The position numbers were made by a program, and so were the translations under genes. The notes under the pieces were generated by a model. That model was not told the DNA's origin. It ran no database searches and saw only the letters and a list, made by a program, of their open reading frames with translations. A DNA stretch of 64,000 nt from an uncultured Chloroflexia bacterium. GTDB lineage: Bacteria > Chloroflexota > Limnocylindria > Limnocylindrales > CSP1-4. This document shows positions 16,595 through 27,363 of this stretch, one piece after another. The stretch lies in assembly GCA_963766735.1 (NCBI GenBank), contig CAVYBU010000007.1:160001-224000 (forward strand). Reading direction: 5' to 3'. Every line of letters starts with the position of its first letter. Position 1 is the first letter of the stretch.

Positions 16595-17917
16595 CTACGA
16601 CGACACCTCCCCGGATGCCTTCTTGCGCGAACGCTTGGCAGGAACGGTCGCGGTGTCGGCCGCGGGCGGGGCCTGTTCGGCCGGGGCCTCGGCCGGGGTC
16701 GCGGGTGCCGCGTCCAGGGCGGCCATGGCCTCGGGTGCGGCCACGGCGGCAGTCGGCTCGGCGGCGGCAGTCGGCTCGGCGGCGGCAGTCGGCTCGGCGG
16801 CGGCAGTCGGCTCGGCGGCGGCAGTCGGCTCGGCCGAACCTGACACCGGTCCATCAACCTCAAGCGGTGCGGCGTCGGCCTCGACCACCACCGCGTCACT
16901 CCGGATGTCGATGCGCCAGCCGGTCAGCCTGGCCGCAAGGCGCGCGTTCTGGCCCTCACGGCCGATCGCCAGCGACAGCATTCGCTCGGGCACGATGACC
17001 GTCGCGATCCGGTTCTCCTCGTCGATCGTCACCCCGAGAACCTGAGCCGGCGACAACGCATTGGCGACGAACACGGACTGGTCGTCGTTCCAGGGAATGA
17101 CGTCGATCTTCTCGCCCGCCAGCTCCGCCACGACCGCCTGCACCCGCGCGCCGCGCTGGCCCACGGTTGCGCCGACCGGGTCGAGCCCCTCCTGGCGCGA
17201 CGAGACGGCCATCTTCGACCGGCTCCCCGCCTCGCGGGCGATCGCCTTGATCTCCACCGTCCCGGCGTGGATCTCGGGAACCTCCATCTCGAACAGCCGC
17301 CGGAGGAAGCCCTTGTGTGTCCGCGACACCATGATCTGCGGCCCGCGGGCGGATCTGCGCACCTCGAGGACGAACGCCTTGATGGGCTGGCCGATCCGGT
17401 AGTGCTCGAGCGGGCTCTGCTCGGTGGTCGCCAGCACCGCCTCGACGCCCTTGCCCACGTCCAGGATGATGGCCCGCGGCTCCACCCGGCTCACGGACCC
17501 GGTGATCAGCTCGCCTTCACGGCTCGCGAACTGGTCGAACACCTGATCGCGCTCGACCTCCCGCATCCGCTGAAGGATGATCTGCTTCGCGGTCTGGGCT
17601 CCGATGCGGCCGAAGTGGTCCGCGTCAAGCTGCTCCAGCTCGAGGACCTCGCCAGCACGCGCGTCAGGGCGCGTTTCCCGGGCTTCGTCCACCGTCACCT
17701 GGACGGAGGGATCCTCGACCTCGTCCACGACGTAGCGCCCGCGGACCACGCGGATCTCACCGCTTGCGGGTTCGATGTGGACGAAGATGTCCTCCTCACC
17801 GGCGACGCGCCGGTAGGCGGCCTGGATCCCCTCCTCGACGGCGCGGATCAGCGCCTCCTGGGGAACCTGCTTCTCGGCGTTGAGCTGAAGGAGCGCACCG
17901 ACGAAGTCGCGACTCAT
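16595..17917 (-). CDS. nusA: Transcription termination/antitermination factor NusA
   Basis: [52 protein letters not shown]; start at ATG 17917 or 17920. Confidence 0.97.
   Translation of the reverse strand: MSRDFVGALLQLNAEKQVPQEALIRAVEEGIQAAYRRVAGEEDIFVHIEPASGEIRVVRGRYVVDEVEDPSVQVTVDEARETRPDARAGEVLELEQLDADHFGRIGAQTAKQIILQRMREVERDQVFDQFASREGELITGSVSRVEPRAIILDVGKGVEAVLATTEQSPLEHYRIGQPIKAFVLEVRRSARGPQIMVSRTHKGFLRRLFEMEVPEIHAGTVEIKAIAREAGSRSKMAVSSRQEGLDPVGATVGQRGARVQAVVAELAGEKIDVIPWNDDQSVFVANALSPAQVLGVTIDEENRIATVIVPERMLSLAIGREGQNARLAARLTGWRIDIRSDAVVVEADAAPLEVDGPVSGSAEPTAAAEPTAAAEPTAAAEPTAAAEPTAAVAAPEAMAALDAAPATPAEAPAEQAPPAADTATVPAKRSRKKASGEVSS
16744..16834. repeat. 18-bp tandem repeat (about 5 copies) encoding AAAEPT in the NusA C-terminal tail
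   Basis: Unit cggcggcggcagtcggct repeated head to tail. Confidence 0.9.
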
Positions 17918-17962
17918 CATGCGCCTCCCTGCTGTATGGCCGATCTTGCGACACGCCCCCGA

Positions 17963-17993
17963 CACAAAGAAACGTGGGTTGGTCACCCACGCT
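17963..17993 (-). terminator. nusA leader hairpin plus U-tract (rimP/nusA-leader-type attenuator)
   Basis: Minus strand CGUGGGU-gacca-ACCCACG-UUUCUUUGU, between a TATACT -10 box (18022-18027) and the nusA start. Confidence 0.7.
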
Positions 17994-18072
17994 CGGAGGC
18001 GGCCTCTCGCAATTGGGCGCGAGTATACACCCGGCCCCGTGGACCGCCACCAAAGTGGCCCGTCCGGCGACC

Positions 18073-19320
18073 CTATGCGCGCTCGGCCCTGGCCCCGTAC
18101 CGCCGGTCCACGTAACCCTCGAGGAGGTCGATGAACTCGGCCACGATGTGATCGCCGCGGAGGGTCCGGTCGAGCTTCCCATCCACGAACACGGGGGCGA
18201 CCGGAGCCTCGAACGTGCCCGGGAGGCTGATCCCGATGTCCGCGTGCTTGCTCTCGCCGGGCCCGTTGACCACGCAGCCCATCACCGCGACGCTCATGTC
18301 CTCGACGCCTGCGTGGGTCTCGCTCCACTCGGGCATCCGGGCCTTGATGTGGTTGGTGATGTCCTGGGCCATCTCCTGGAAGAAGGTGGACGTCGTGCGG
18401 CCGCAACCAGGACAGGCTGACACCTGGGGCAGGAAGGAGCGCAGGCCCATCGACTGGAGCACCTGCTGCGCGACCTCCACCTCAAGCTCGCGACCGGCGC
18501 CGGGCTCCGGCGTCAGAGAGACGCGGATCGTGTCCCCGATCCCCTCGTTGAGCAGGATCGCGAGGCCGGCGGTGCTCGCCACGATGCCCTTCATGCCCAT
18601 CCCGGCCTCGGTGAGACCCAGGTGGAGGGGGTAGTCGGAGCGCGGCGCGAGGCGCCGGTACGTGTCGACGAGGTCCCGGACTCCGGAGACCTTGGCCGAC
18701 AGGATGATCCGATCGTGCCGCAGGCCGGTCTCCTCGGCGAGCTCGGCGGAGCGCATCGCCGACTCGATCATCGCGTCGATCATCACGTCGCGGGCGTCCC
18801 GGGGGGAGGCCGCGCCGGCATTGGCCTCCATCAGGTCGGTGAGCAGCTGCTGGTCCAGCGAGCCCCAGTTCACCCCGATGCGGACCGGCTTGTCATGCTC
18901 GACCGCCGCCCGGACGATCGTCTGGAAGTTCTCGTCGTGACGCTTCGTCCCGACGTTGCCAGGATTGATCCGGTACTTCGCGAGCGCGGCCGCCATCGCC
19001 GGGTAGTGCGCCAGCAGCAGGTGTCCGTTGTAGTGGAAGTCCCCGATGACGGGGACGTCCACCCCGAGGTTGTCGCGGACCATGCGGATCATGTCCGGGA
19101 CGGCTGCCGCAGCCTCCTCGGTATTGACCGTCACGCGCACCATCTGGGAGCCCGCGTGGGCGAGCCGGGCCACCTGGATGGCCGTGCCGTCCGGGTCCGC
19201 CGTGTCCGTGTTGGTCATGGACTGGACGACCACCGGGTGGGCGGACCCGACCAGGACACCGCCGACGTCCACCGACACGGTCGGCCTCCGGACGGGCCGC
19301 AGCGCGTCCGGAGAGGTCAT
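18073..19320 (-). CDS. ispG: (E)-4-hydroxy-3-methylbut-2-enyl-diphosphate synthase
   Basis: [61 protein letters not shown]. Confidence 0.96.
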   Translation of the reverse strand: MTSPDALRPVRRPTVSVDVGGVLVGSAHPVVVQSMTNTDTADPDGTAIQVARLAHAGSQMVRVTVNTEEAAAAVPDMIRMVRDNLGVDVPVIGDFHYNGHLLLAHYPAMAAALAKYRINPGNVGTKRHDENFQTIVRAAVEHDKPVRIGVNWGSLDQQLLTDLMEANAGAASPRDARDVMIDAMIESAMRSAELAEETGLRHDRIILSAKVSGVRDLVDTYRRLAPRSDYPLHLGLTEAGMGMKGIVASTAGLAILLNEGIGDTIRVSLTPEPGAGRELEVEVAQQVLQSMGLRSFLPQVSACPGCGRTTSTFFQEMAQDITNHIKARMPEWSETHAGVEDMSVAVMGCVVNGPGESKHADIGISLPGTFEAPVAPVFVDGKLDRTLRGDHIVAEFIDLLEGYVDRRYGARAERA

Positions 19321-20525
19321 GGGGTGCCGCCTCCGACCTGCCGGATCACATCGAACACCGTGATCCAGATCAGGAATGCGAACAGGAACACGAACCCCAC
19401 CGCGTACGTCAGCTGCTCCGCCCGGAGCGAGATCCGGTTGCCGCCGGGCAGCGCTTTGAGCACCAGCATCAGCATCCGGCCCCCGTCGAGCGGCGGGAAC
19501 GGCAGAGCGTTCACCAGGGCGAGGTTCGCGGACAGGATCCCGATCAAGTAGAAGAGGTACAGCGGACCGAGGTCCGCGAGGACGCTCGAGAGCTGGCCCG
19601 CGATGCCCACCGGGCCGGATGCCGGGGGGGCCGAGGTCGGGTCCGTGACGATCGATCTGCCGATCTTGCCCAGCCCGTCCAGGATCATGCCGAAGGCTTG
19701 GGCTGTCCGCTCCGCGCCAACGGCGACCGCGTCGCCGAGCCCGTACCTGATGTCCTCCAGCTGTGTGCCCGCCAGCCCGCCGACGCCGAGCGCACCCTCG
19801 TCGGGTGACGCCGGGATCCGGAGAGTGACGGTGACCTCCTCGGACGACCCATCCGCGTGGAGGATCCCCAGCACGACCGTCTGGCCGGCAAGGGCCCGCA
19901 GATCGTCGGTCGGGAACTGCTGATCGAAGACCGAGTACCGCACTCCGTTGATGCTGGTGAGGGTGTCGCCCGCCTGGAGCCCGGCGCCCTCGGCCGGCGA
20001 GCCGACCACGATCTCCGAGAAGGTCACGCCCAGGGCGGGCTCGCCGACCAGCGCGATCCCCGTGAAGATCACGAACGAGACCAGGAGGTTCATCGCCACG
20101 CCGGCGACGAGGATCACCAGCTTCGTCGAGAGCCTCGCCCGCCCGAAGGATCGGGGGTCGCCACTGTCGCCGCCGTTCTCGTCCTCGAGCTTGACGAAGC
20201 CGCCGATCGGCAGCCAGTTGAGGGTGTACAGCGTGCCGGGGGGGTCCTCCGGCGATTCGAGGATCGCCTCGAGCCGCTCCGGATCGCCCTGTGCCTGCCC
20301 GATGGCGTCGGCTCGCCGCAACCGGTACGACTCCGTGTCCTCCGCCGAGACCCCGCCCCGGCCGAGGGACTTCGCGCGCGGGGGAAACCCGATCCCGAAC
20401 TCCAGGACCCTCACCCTGGCGAGTCTCGCGGTGACGAAGTGGCCGAGCTCGTGGACGAGGACGAGACCACCCAGGACGAGGATGAACAGCACGACGCTGA
20501 CGGCAACGTCGAACAGGGCGCTCAT
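19317..20525 (-). CDS. rseP: Site-2 intramembrane metalloprotease RseP/RasP (M50, one PDZ domain)
   Basis: HELGH, LPIGGFV, PDZ region, [11 protein letters not shown]. Confidence 0.93.
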   Translation of the reverse strand: MSALFDVAVSVVLFILVLGGLVLVHELGHFVTARLARVRVLEFGIGFPPRAKSLGRGGVSAEDTESYRLRRADAIGQAQGDPERLEAILESPEDPPGTLYTLNWLPIGGFVKLEDENGGDSGDPRSFGRARLSTKLVILVAGVAMNLLVSFVIFTGIALVGEPALGVTFSEIVVGSPAEGAGLQAGDTLTSINGVRYSVFDQQFPTDDLRALAGQTVVLGILHADGSSEEVTVTLRIPASPDEGALGVGGLAGTQLEDIRYGLGDAVAVGAERTAQAFGMILDGLGKIGRSIVTDPTSAPPASGPVGIAGQLSSVLADLGPLYLFYLIGILSANLALVNALPFPPLDGGRMLMLVLKALPGGNRISLRAEQLTYAVGFVFLFAFLIWITVFDVIRQVGGGTP

Positions 20526-21730
20526 CCCCTCACCGGGCCGGTCGCGAAGGCGGCGCGCACCTCGTGGTCGAGCGCGACGAGTGCCGTCACGTCCGGCACC
20601 TGGTCGGGGCCCTCGCCGTAGCGGCGCACGGCCGCCTCCAGCAGCAGTGGGATGCCGGGAAAGTCGAGCGTTCCGTCCAGGAAGCGGGACACGGCCACTT
20701 CGTCGGCGGCGATCAGCGCGGCCGAAGCACGGCTGCCAACCCGGCCGGCGTCACGGGCGATCCGCAGCGCCGGAAAGCGGGTCTCGTCGGGAGCGCGGAA
20801 GTCGAGCCTGCCCACCGCGACGAGGTCCGGGGCAGGCGTCGGGGACGCGAGACGTTCCGGGTGGGTCAGGGCGTACTGAATCGGGAGACGCATGTCGGGG
20901 GTACCCAGCTGTGCCTTCAGCGAGCCGTCGATGAACTGGACGGCGGAGTGCACCACGCTCTGCGGGTGCACGACGACGTCGATGGCGTCGTAGTCGACAT
21001 CGTACAGCCAGTGCGCTTCGATGACCTCCAGGCCCTTGTTGGCGAGGGTCGCGGAGTCGATGGTGATCTTGGCGCCCATGGTCCAGGTCGGGTGCCTCAG
21101 GGCCTGGGCGGCGGTGACGTCCGCCAGCTGGTCCGACGGGCTGTCGAGAAACGGCCCGCCGGAGGCAGTGAGCACCAGGCGCGCGATCCCTGCTCGCGGT
21201 TCACCGACCAGGCACTGCCAGATTGCCGAATGCTCGGAGTCGATGGGTCGGAGCCAGGCGAGAGGCGTCGCCAGGGGATCCCGGGGATCCAGGGCGGCGC
21301 GCTCCGCCGCCAGGCGCGAGGCCTCGGCCATCACCAGGTGGCCGCCGGCGACCAGCGTCTCCTTGTTCGCGGTCGCGACGACCTTGCCGGCTCGCAGGGC
21401 CGCCAGCACCGGCCGCAACGACACGATGCCGCCCGACCCGATCACGACGATGTCCACGTCGTCCCGCGTCGCGAGGACCTCCAGGGCGTCGTCGCCGCGC
21501 TCGCGCAACGTGCCGGACGGGAGGTCGAGCCCGGTCTGCTCGTCGGCCAACGCGACAGCAGCCGGTCGCAGCCGGGCCGCCTGCACCTCGAGCTCCGCGG
21601 CATTCCGTCCCGTCGCCAATGCGACGACACGGAACCGATCCGCGTGCTGCTCCAGCACCTCCACCGACTGCCGCCCGATGCTCCCCGTCGAACCGAGCAG
21701 CGCGACGCCGATGCGTTCCCCGTCAGCCAA
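20522..21730 (-). CDS. dxr: 1-deoxy-D-xylulose-5-phosphate reductoisomerase
   Basis: [50 protein letters not shown]; TTG start. Confidence 0.97.
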   Translation of the reverse strand: MADGERIGVALLGSTGSIGRQSVEVLEQHADRFRVVALATGRNAAELEVQAARLRPAAVALADEQTGLDLPSGTLRERGDDALEVLATRDDVDIVVIGSGGIVSLRPVLAALRAGKVVATANKETLVAGGHLVMAEASRLAAERAALDPRDPLATPLAWLRPIDSEHSAIWQCLVGEPRAGIARLVLTASGGPFLDSPSDQLADVTAAQALRHPTWTMGAKITIDSATLANKGLEVIEAHWLYDVDYDAIDVVVHPQSVVHSAVQFIDGSLKAQLGTPDMRLPIQYALTHPERLASPTPAPDLVAVGRLDFRAPDETRFPALRIARDAGRVGSRASAALIAADEVAVSRFLDGTLDFPGIPLLLEAAVRRYGEGPDQVPDVTALVALDHEVRAAFATGPVRG

Positions 21731-22550
21731 CGAGCACCAGGACGTACAGCGCGACCACGGGTCCGGCGAACAGGAAGGAGTCGATGCGGTCCAGGATGCC
21801 GCCGTGGCCCGGGATCAGCGTCCCCGAGTCCTTGGCCCCGGCTGCCCGCTTGATCATCGACTCCGCGAGATCACCCATCTGGGCTGCCAGGCCCAGGAGC
21901 GGCCCCAGGATGAGACCGCCAAACCACGCCTGCCCGAGGGCGGCCAGCATCAGGCAGGTCACGATCGTGGTGGCCACCAGCCCACCCACCAGGCCCTCCA
22001 CGGACTTGGCGGGCGAGATGTGGGTCATGAACTTGTGGCGCCCGATCTGGCTCCCGACGAGGTACGCACCGGTGTCGTAGCTCCAGACACCAAGCACGAG
22101 CAGCACGATCCAGCCTTGGGCGGAACTGAGAGCGGCGAACGGTGCGCCGGCCGGGATCGCGGGGCCCATGTTGGCCACGTGGAGCACGAACGCGATGAGC
22201 CCGACGTAGATGGCGCCGAATACAGTGGCGAACCAGGCGACCAGCCCGTCACGCGGGTCCTCCCGGCCCATCGCCCCGATGCCGGCGAGCACGACACCCA
22301 CACCGACCAGCAGGATGCCCTTCTCGCCGAGCGGGTGGAAGGCGGCCTCAAGGACGATGGCCATCGCGAGCGCCGTGCCGTACAGGGCCAGCGACGGGTA
22401 GCCCGCGGCCTTGAGCAGCCGGAACGCCTCCAGCCCGCCGAGCAGCGCCACGAGGACGAGGAGGGCGGCGATCGCAGGCAGGCCGATGATCAGCGGCACG
22501 ACGAGGACCGGCACCATGATGATCGCCGAGAGAGCTCGGGTTCTGAGCAC
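21723..22550 (-). CDS. cdsA: Phosphatidate cytidylyltransferase
   Basis: DTGAY, ISPAKSVEG, GDLAESMIKR, KDSG..IPGHGGILDRIDS. Confidence 0.96.
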   Translation of the reverse strand: MLRTRALSAIIMVPVLVVPLIIGLPAIAALLVLVALLGGLEAFRLLKAAGYPSLALYGTALAMAIVLEAAFHPLGEKGILLVGVGVVLAGIGAMGREDPRDGLVAWFATVFGAIYVGLIAFVLHVANMGPAIPAGAPFAALSSAQGWIVLLVLGVWSYDTGAYLVGSQIGRHKFMTHISPAKSVEGLVGGLVATTIVTCLMLAALGQAWFGGLILGPLLGLAAQMGDLAESMIKRAAGAKDSGTLIPGHGGILDRIDSFLFAGPVVALYVLVLVG

Positions 22551-22559
22551 CGGGCAGCC

Positions 22560-23375
22560 CTAGCGCCCGAACCGGCGCGTGCGCCGGGCGAACTCGAGGA
22601 GCGCGGCATCGAACGCGTCGGGTCCAAAGTCCGGCCACAGGCGCTCGCTGAACACCAGCTCCGCGTAGGCCGACTGCCAGATGAGGAAGTTGCTGATCCG
22701 CTGCTCGTCACCCGTCCGGATCACCATGTCCGGATCGGGAAGGCCGCTCGTGTAGAGGGCGTCGGAGATGGCGCGCTCGTCAACCTCCTCCGGCGGTACC
22801 CCGGCGGCCATGATCCGGCGGAAGGCATCCACCAGCTCCGTCCGGCCGGCGTAGTTCCAGGCAATGTTGAGGTTGAGTCGCGTTCCCTCGGCCGTCCTGT
22901 CGAGCGCACCCTCGATCAGGGAACGGGTCTCGTCGGGGAGCTCGCCCAGGCGGCCGAGCAGGCGCACCCGCACGCCCTGTGAGCGGAGCTCGTCGGTCTC
23001 GTCCGCAATCGCCCTGCCCAGGAGGTCGAACAGGCCCGTGACCTCGTCGTCGGAGCGAGCCCAGTTCTCGCGGCTGAACGCATACAGCGTCAGCATCGGG
23101 ACGCCCCGGCGCACCGCATGCTGGAGGATCCCGCGGATCGCCTCCACGCCGGCGGCATGGCCCTCGAAGTCGGTGAGGCCCTTCGCCCGGGCCCAGCGCC
23201 GGTTGCCATCCATGATGATCGCGACGTGCCGGGGCAGGTCCTCCGGCGGCAGGAGCGGCGCCTCCGCGGCAGGCGCGTCGAGGTCCGGCACCCCGATCTC
23301 ACCCACGGGTTCGTGCGCGAGGGGTGGGGCGTCGGTCGGTCGAGCGAACGGACGATCGAGCGGCGCCTGAGCCAC
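22560..23375 (-). CDS. uppS: Undecaprenyl diphosphate synthase
   Basis: HVAIIMDGNRRWA, YAFSRENW, PDPDMVIRT..EQRISNFLIWQSAYAE. Confidence 0.96.
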   Translation of the reverse strand: MAQAPLDRPFARPTDAPPLAHEPVGEIGVPDLDAPAAEAPLLPPEDLPRHVAIIMDGNRRWARAKGLTDFEGHAAGVEAIRGILQHAVRRGVPMLTLYAFSRENWARSDDEVTGLFDLLGRAIADETDELRSQGVRVRLLGRLGELPDETRSLIEGALDRTAEGTRLNLNIAWNYAGRTELVDAFRRIMAAGVPPEEVDERAISDALYTSGLPDPDMVIRTGDEQRISNFLIWQSAYAELVFSERLWPDFGPDAFDAALLEFARRTRRFGR

Positions 23376-23932
23376 TAGACCTCGAGGACCTCCTGCTCCT
23401 TGACGGCGCCGAGCCGGTCGACGTCCGCGATGATGCGGTCGGTGATCTTCTGGAGCTGATCGAGCGCACGGTGCGCGTCGTCGGCACCGACGGTGCCGTC
23501 ACGCTCCTCCTTCTTGAGGTGGTCGGCGGCATCGCGTCGGAGATTGCGGATCTCGACCCTCGCCTCCTCCATCCGCTTGTGGACGCTCTTGACGATGTCC
23601 TTGCGACGCTCCTCGGTGAGCGGCGGGATGTTGAGGCGGACGACGGTGCCGTCCACGTTGGGCATCAGCCCGATGTCGCTCTTGAGGATCGTCTTCTCGA
23701 TGGCCCCGAGGACCGATCGATCCCATGGCTGGATGACGATCTGGTGTGCCTCCGGGACACTGATGGAGGCGACCTGGTTGAGCGGCGTCTGGGTGCCGTA
23801 GTAATCAACGGTCAGGCGCTCCACCAGCGCCGTCGAGGCGCGCCCTGTGCGGATGCCATGGAAGTCACGTTCCATGACCTCCACGGCCCGGAGCATCTTC
23901 CGTTCTGCTCCGGCAAGGATCTCGCTGGTCAT
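23375..23932 (-). CDS. frr: Ribosome recycling factor
   Basis: [30 protein letters not shown]; 185 aa. Confidence 0.97.
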   Translation of the reverse strand: MTSEILAGAERKMLRAVEVMERDFHGIRTGRASTALVERLTVDYYGTQTPLNQVASISVPEAHQIVIQPWDRSVLGAIEKTILKSDIGLMPNVDGTVVRLNIPPLTEERRKDIVKSVHKRMEEARVEIRNLRRDAADHLKKEERDGTVGADDAHRALDQLQKITDRIIADVDRLGAVKEQEVLEV

Positions 23933-24723
23933 GCCGTGACACCTCCGGTCTGGGCGGAGATAAGGGTGCCGACACGGTCCCCGCGGGCCACCCTCGTGAT
24001 GTTATCCGGGGCATTGAGATCGAAAACGACGATCGGCAGGTCGTTCTCGAGACACAGCGACACCGCGGCTGCGTCCAGCACCTTGAGCTGGTCGCGCAGG
24101 AGGTCCTGGTAGCCCAGGCGCTCGTAGCGGGTCGCCGACGGGTCCTTCATCGGATCCGCATCATAGACACCATCCACCCTCGTCGCCTTGAGCAGCACCT
24201 CGGCGCCGATCTCGACTGCCCGCAGGGCGGCGGCCGTATCGGTGGTGAAGTACGGGTTGCCGGTCCCGGCGACGAAGATCGTCACCCGGCCCTTCTCGAG
24301 GTGGCGGACCGCCCGCCGTCGAATGTACGGCTCCGCGATCTCGTTCATCGCGATGGCGCTCATGACGCGGACGGGCATGCCCGCACGTTCGATCGCGTCC
24401 TGCAGGGCGAGGCCGTTCATCACGGTCGCCAGCATGCCGATGTAGTCGCCCGTGGCCCGGTCCATGCCCTTGGCAGACGCTGCGAGCCCTCGGAAGATGT
24501 TGCCGCCCCCCACGACGATCCCGATCTCCACGCCCTGGGCGTGCACCTCGGCAATCTGGTGGGCGATAAACGCGCAGAACCCGGGGTCCACGCCGTACTG
24601 GCGCTCCCCGAGCAGCGCTTCGCCGGACAGCTTGAGCAGGATCCGGCGGTAGCGGAGCCGGCCGTCGGCGGGGACCGCAACCGGCCCCTCGCCCTCAACC
24701 GTCCCGCGGCCGGGCACCGTCAC
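23929..24723 (-). CDS. pyrH: UMP kinase
   Basis: [33 protein letters not shown]; GTGA overlap with the tsf stop. Confidence 0.97.
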   Translation of the reverse strand: MTVPGRGTVEGEGPVAVPADGRLRYRRILLKLSGEALLGERQYGVDPGFCAFIAHQIAEVHAQGVEIGIVVGGGNIFRGLAASAKGMDRATGDYIGMLATVMNGLALQDAIERAGMPVRVMSAIAMNEIAEPYIRRRAVRHLEKGRVTIFVAGTGNPYFTTDTAAALRAVEIGAEVLLKATRVDGVYDADPMKDPSATRYERLGYQDLLRDQLKVLDAAAVSLCLENDLPIVVFDLNAPDNITRVARGDRVGTLISAQTGGVTA

Positions 24724-25316
24724 AGCTCCTCCCCGAGCGCGAAGCGCACGAACCGGCGAACACGGATGTTCTCGCCGATCGTGGCGATCTTCTCCGTCAC
24801 GAGAGCCCGGACGGTCCGATCCTCGTCGCGGAACGGCTGCTCCAGCAGGCAGACCTCGCGGTACCACTTCTGCATCTGTCCATCGACGATCTTCTCGCGG
24901 ATGGCCTCCGGCTTTGCCTGCACGCCCTCGTCGGCAAGCAGGGCAGCCTTCCTTGCCTCGACGGCATCGGCCGGGATCCCGTCGATGTCGACGTAGATGG
25001 GCGCGAGCCCGGCAACCTGCATCGCGAGGTCTCGGACGAGCTTCTGGAACTCGTCCGTGCGCGCGACGAAGTCCGTCTCGCAGTTGACCTCGATCAGGAC
25101 ACCGACGCGACCGCCTGTGTGGATGTAGCTGCTGACGAGGCCCTCGCGAGCGTCACGCCCCGCCTTCTTGGCGGCTGCGGCGAGGCCTGCCTCGCGCAAC
25201 CGCGCGACTGCCTCGTCCATGTTGCCACCGGTCTCCTCGAGCGCTCGCTTGCAGTCCATGAAGCCGGCGCCGGTTCGCTCGCGCAGCTCCTTGACGGCCT
25301 CGGCCGTGATCGCCAT
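24720..25316 (-). CDS. tsf: Elongation factor Ts (short form)
   Basis: [29 protein letters not shown]; 198 aa. Confidence 0.97.
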   Translation of the reverse strand: MAITAEAVKELRERTGAGFMDCKRALEETGGNMDEAVARLREAGLAAAAKKAGRDAREGLVSSYIHTGGRVGVLIEVNCETDFVARTDEFQKLVRDLAMQVAGLAPIYVDIDGIPADAVEARKAALLADEGVQAKPEAIREKIVDGQMQKWYREVCLLEQPFRDEDRTVRALVTEKIATIGENIRVRRFVRFALGEEL

Positions 25317-25451
25317 CGACGTGATGCTCCTGTGATCCTTGGGCGCGGGCTCAGGGCGCGCGCGGGATGATGCGAGGGGCCGGCGCCGCCCCGTGCGGCC
25401 GCCGCCCGATGGAGCCCGGTTCCGCAGCGTCGCCGCGATCCCGAGCGGGTC

Positions 25452-26597
25452 TCATTCGGCTGCCGGGGTTTTCGGTTCCTCGGCGGCGGGGATCTCGGCT
25501 GCCGGGGTTTTCGGTGCCGGGGTCTTGGCTGCCGCGGCGGCGGTGTCTCGGCGGGGGTCTCGACTGCCGGGGTCTTGGCTGCCGGGGTTTTCGGTTCCTC
25601 GGCGGCGGGGATCTCGGCTGCCGGGGTTTTCGGTGCCGGGGTCTTGGTGCCGCGGCGGCGGTGTCTCGGCGGGGGTCTCGACTGCCGGGGTCTTCGGTTC
25701 CTCGGCGGCGGGGATCTCGGCTGCCGGGGTCTCGACTGCCTCGGCCGCCGTTGGCGCGCCGGGGAGGAGGTCGTCGTCCATGTCCGGGTTGAACGAGAGC
25801 GTGCCTCCGGCCGCAAGCTGGGCAACCAGGTCGGCTGCTGCGGCTTCGTCGAACGCCGGCTCGTCGGCCATCTGCGGCTCGGGGGCCTCCTGCTCGGACG
25901 AGGCGTGCGCCGCCCGCTGGCGCGCACCCTCGATGGCAGCGTCCGCCACGAGCTGGCAGAGCAGACGGATCGAGCGGATCGCGTCGTCGTTGGCCGGGAT
26001 GATGTAGGCGAGCTCGTCCGGGTCCACGTTGGTGTCGCCGGTGCCGACGACCGGGATCTCGAGCTTGTTCGCCTCCGTGACAGCGATGCGCTCGCGGTGC
26101 GGGTCAACGATGAAGATGGCGCCTGGCTGGCGCTTCATCTTGCGGATCCCGCCGAGCGTGGCCTCCAGCTTGTTCAGGGTCTCCGTCAGGCCAGCGGCCT
26201 CCTTCTTCGGGAGGCGGTCGAAGTCGCCGGCGAGCTGGCGGGCCTCGAGCTGGTCGAGCAGGCCGATGCGCTTCCGGATGGTGATGAAGTTGGTCATCAT
26301 GCCACCGAGCCAGCGCTTCGTGACGTACGGCTGGCCGGCGCGGATCGCCTCCTGCATGACCGGCTCCTGCGCCTGCTTCTTGGTGCCGACGAACAGGACG
26401 GTCTCGCCGCGGGCGACGGTCTCGGTGACGAACTCGAGCGCCAGGTCAAGGCGCTTGACAGTCTGCGCCAGGTCGATGATGTGGATACCGTTGCGCTCCG
26501 CGAAGATGAACGGCTTCATCTTGGGGTTCCAGCGGCGAGTCTGGTGTCCGAAGTGGACGCCGGCCTCAAGCAACTGGCGCATCGATGCGGTGGGCAC
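25452..26597 (-). CDS. rpsB: 30S ribosomal protein S2 with a repetitive C-terminal extension
   Basis: [48 protein letters not shown]; GTG at 26597 with AGGAGG SD. Confidence 0.97.
   Translation of the reverse strand: MPTASMRQLLEAGVHFGHQTRRWNPKMKPFIFAERNGIHIIDLAQTVKRLDLALEFVTETVARGETVLFVGTKKQAQEPVMQEAIRAGQPYVTKRWLGGMMTNFITIRKRIGLLDQLEARQLAGDFDRLPKKEAAGLTETLNKLEATLGGIRKMKRQPGAIFIVDPHRERIAVTEANKLEIPVVGTGDTNVDPDELAYIIPANDDAIRSIRLLCQLVADAAIEGARQRAAHASSEQEAPEPQMADEPAFDEAAAADLVAQLAAGGTLSFNPDMDDDLLPGAPTAAEAVETPAAEIPAAEEPKTPAVETPAETPPPRHQDPGTENPGSRDPRRRGTENPGSQDPGSRDPRRDTAAAAAKTPAPKTPAAEIPAAEEPKTPAAE
25455..25740. repeat. Nested degenerate 15-bp repeats ([15 protein letters not shown]) in about 2.5 larger blocks in the rpsB tail
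   Basis: Recurrent gccggggt(t/c)t motif and duplicated ttcggttcctcggcggcggggatctcggctgccgggg blocks. Confidence 0.85.
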
Positions 26598-26611
26598 GCG
26601 TGACCTCCTGC

Positions 26612-26711
26612 GGTTCTTTGCCTCCGCGGATCCCCGTCGGGGGCCGCCGGCGTGGCCACCTGGCGCTGCCGGTACGGCACCGTCCCGATCGGGCACGGAT
26701 CCGCGTGTGTG
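26612..26711 (-). promoter_or_regulatory. rpsB 5' leader (S2 autoregulatory / t44-type structured RNA)
   Basis: Minus strand CACACA-CGCGGAUCC...GGUGCC...GGAUCCGCG-GAGGCAAAGAACC matches the known S2 leader layout; the closing stem is perfectly complementary; extended -10 TGcTACACT at 26775-26783. Confidence 0.8.
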
Positions 26712-26819
26712 CTCCGTGCCGGCGGTGCCGGACGGGCGTTGACGAACGCCGCGACCCGGGTCACGGCGGGCGGGAGTGTAGCACAGGGGCTGCATGGCCC
26801 CGACGGGAGCGACCCCGAT

Positions 26820-27221
26820 CTAGAGGCGGATCGCCCGGTGGTGGCGGAGGCTGAGCCGCCCGTCCTCCCTGCGGTCGACCGCCACCAGGTCCACCCGGAT
26901 GGGGCTCGACGGCAGCGGGCGGCCATCGGGCAACGTGCCGGAGGCGAGCAGGGCACCGACGCCCCGTCGCAGGGCCGTGCGCTTCCGGTAGTCCAGCGTC
27001 TCCTCGGCCAGCCCGAAGTCGCGGCGTCCGCGCCGGCGGACCTCCAGCACGACGAGCGCCGGCGGCGGACCGGGATCGATCGCGACGAGATCCAGCTCGT
27101 CCCGGCCCAGGCGCACGTTCCTGGCGAGGATCGTCCAGCCGGACGCCTCTAGTCGGGCGGCGACCAGCCGCTCGCCCGCGTCGCCACTCCGCTGCGCGTC
27201 CGTGGATGCCTTCCGATGCAT
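26820..27221 (-). CDS. yraN: YraN family endonuclease-like protein (UPF0102)
   Basis: GDAGERLVAARLEASGWTILARNVR..RDELDLVA...LEVRRR, RVDLVAV; follows rnhB; start codon uncertain. Confidence 0.88.
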   Translation of the reverse strand: MHRKASTDAQRSGDAGERLVAARLEASGWTILARNVRLGRDELDLVAIDPGPPPALVVLEVRRRGRRDFGLAEETLDYRKRTALRRGVGALLASGTLPDGRPLPSSPIRVDLVAVDRREDGRLSLRHHRAIRL

Positions 27222-27363
27222 CAGCGCAGGATGCGCGCAGGCGATCATCGGCCGCTTATCTCTCCCGGAGACCTGCTGCCGGATGCCCAGTTCCCCTGTG
27301 GGCGGGCGCCCGGTTCCCTTCTGGCTGAGCGACGGCTCGATGCCAGGAAACGACATGCCCGGG

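Noticed and set aside
16744-16834. nusA and rpsB tandem repeats interpreted as CRISPR arrays
   Set aside because: Head-to-tail repeats without unique spacers, inside coding tails, with no cas genes nearby.
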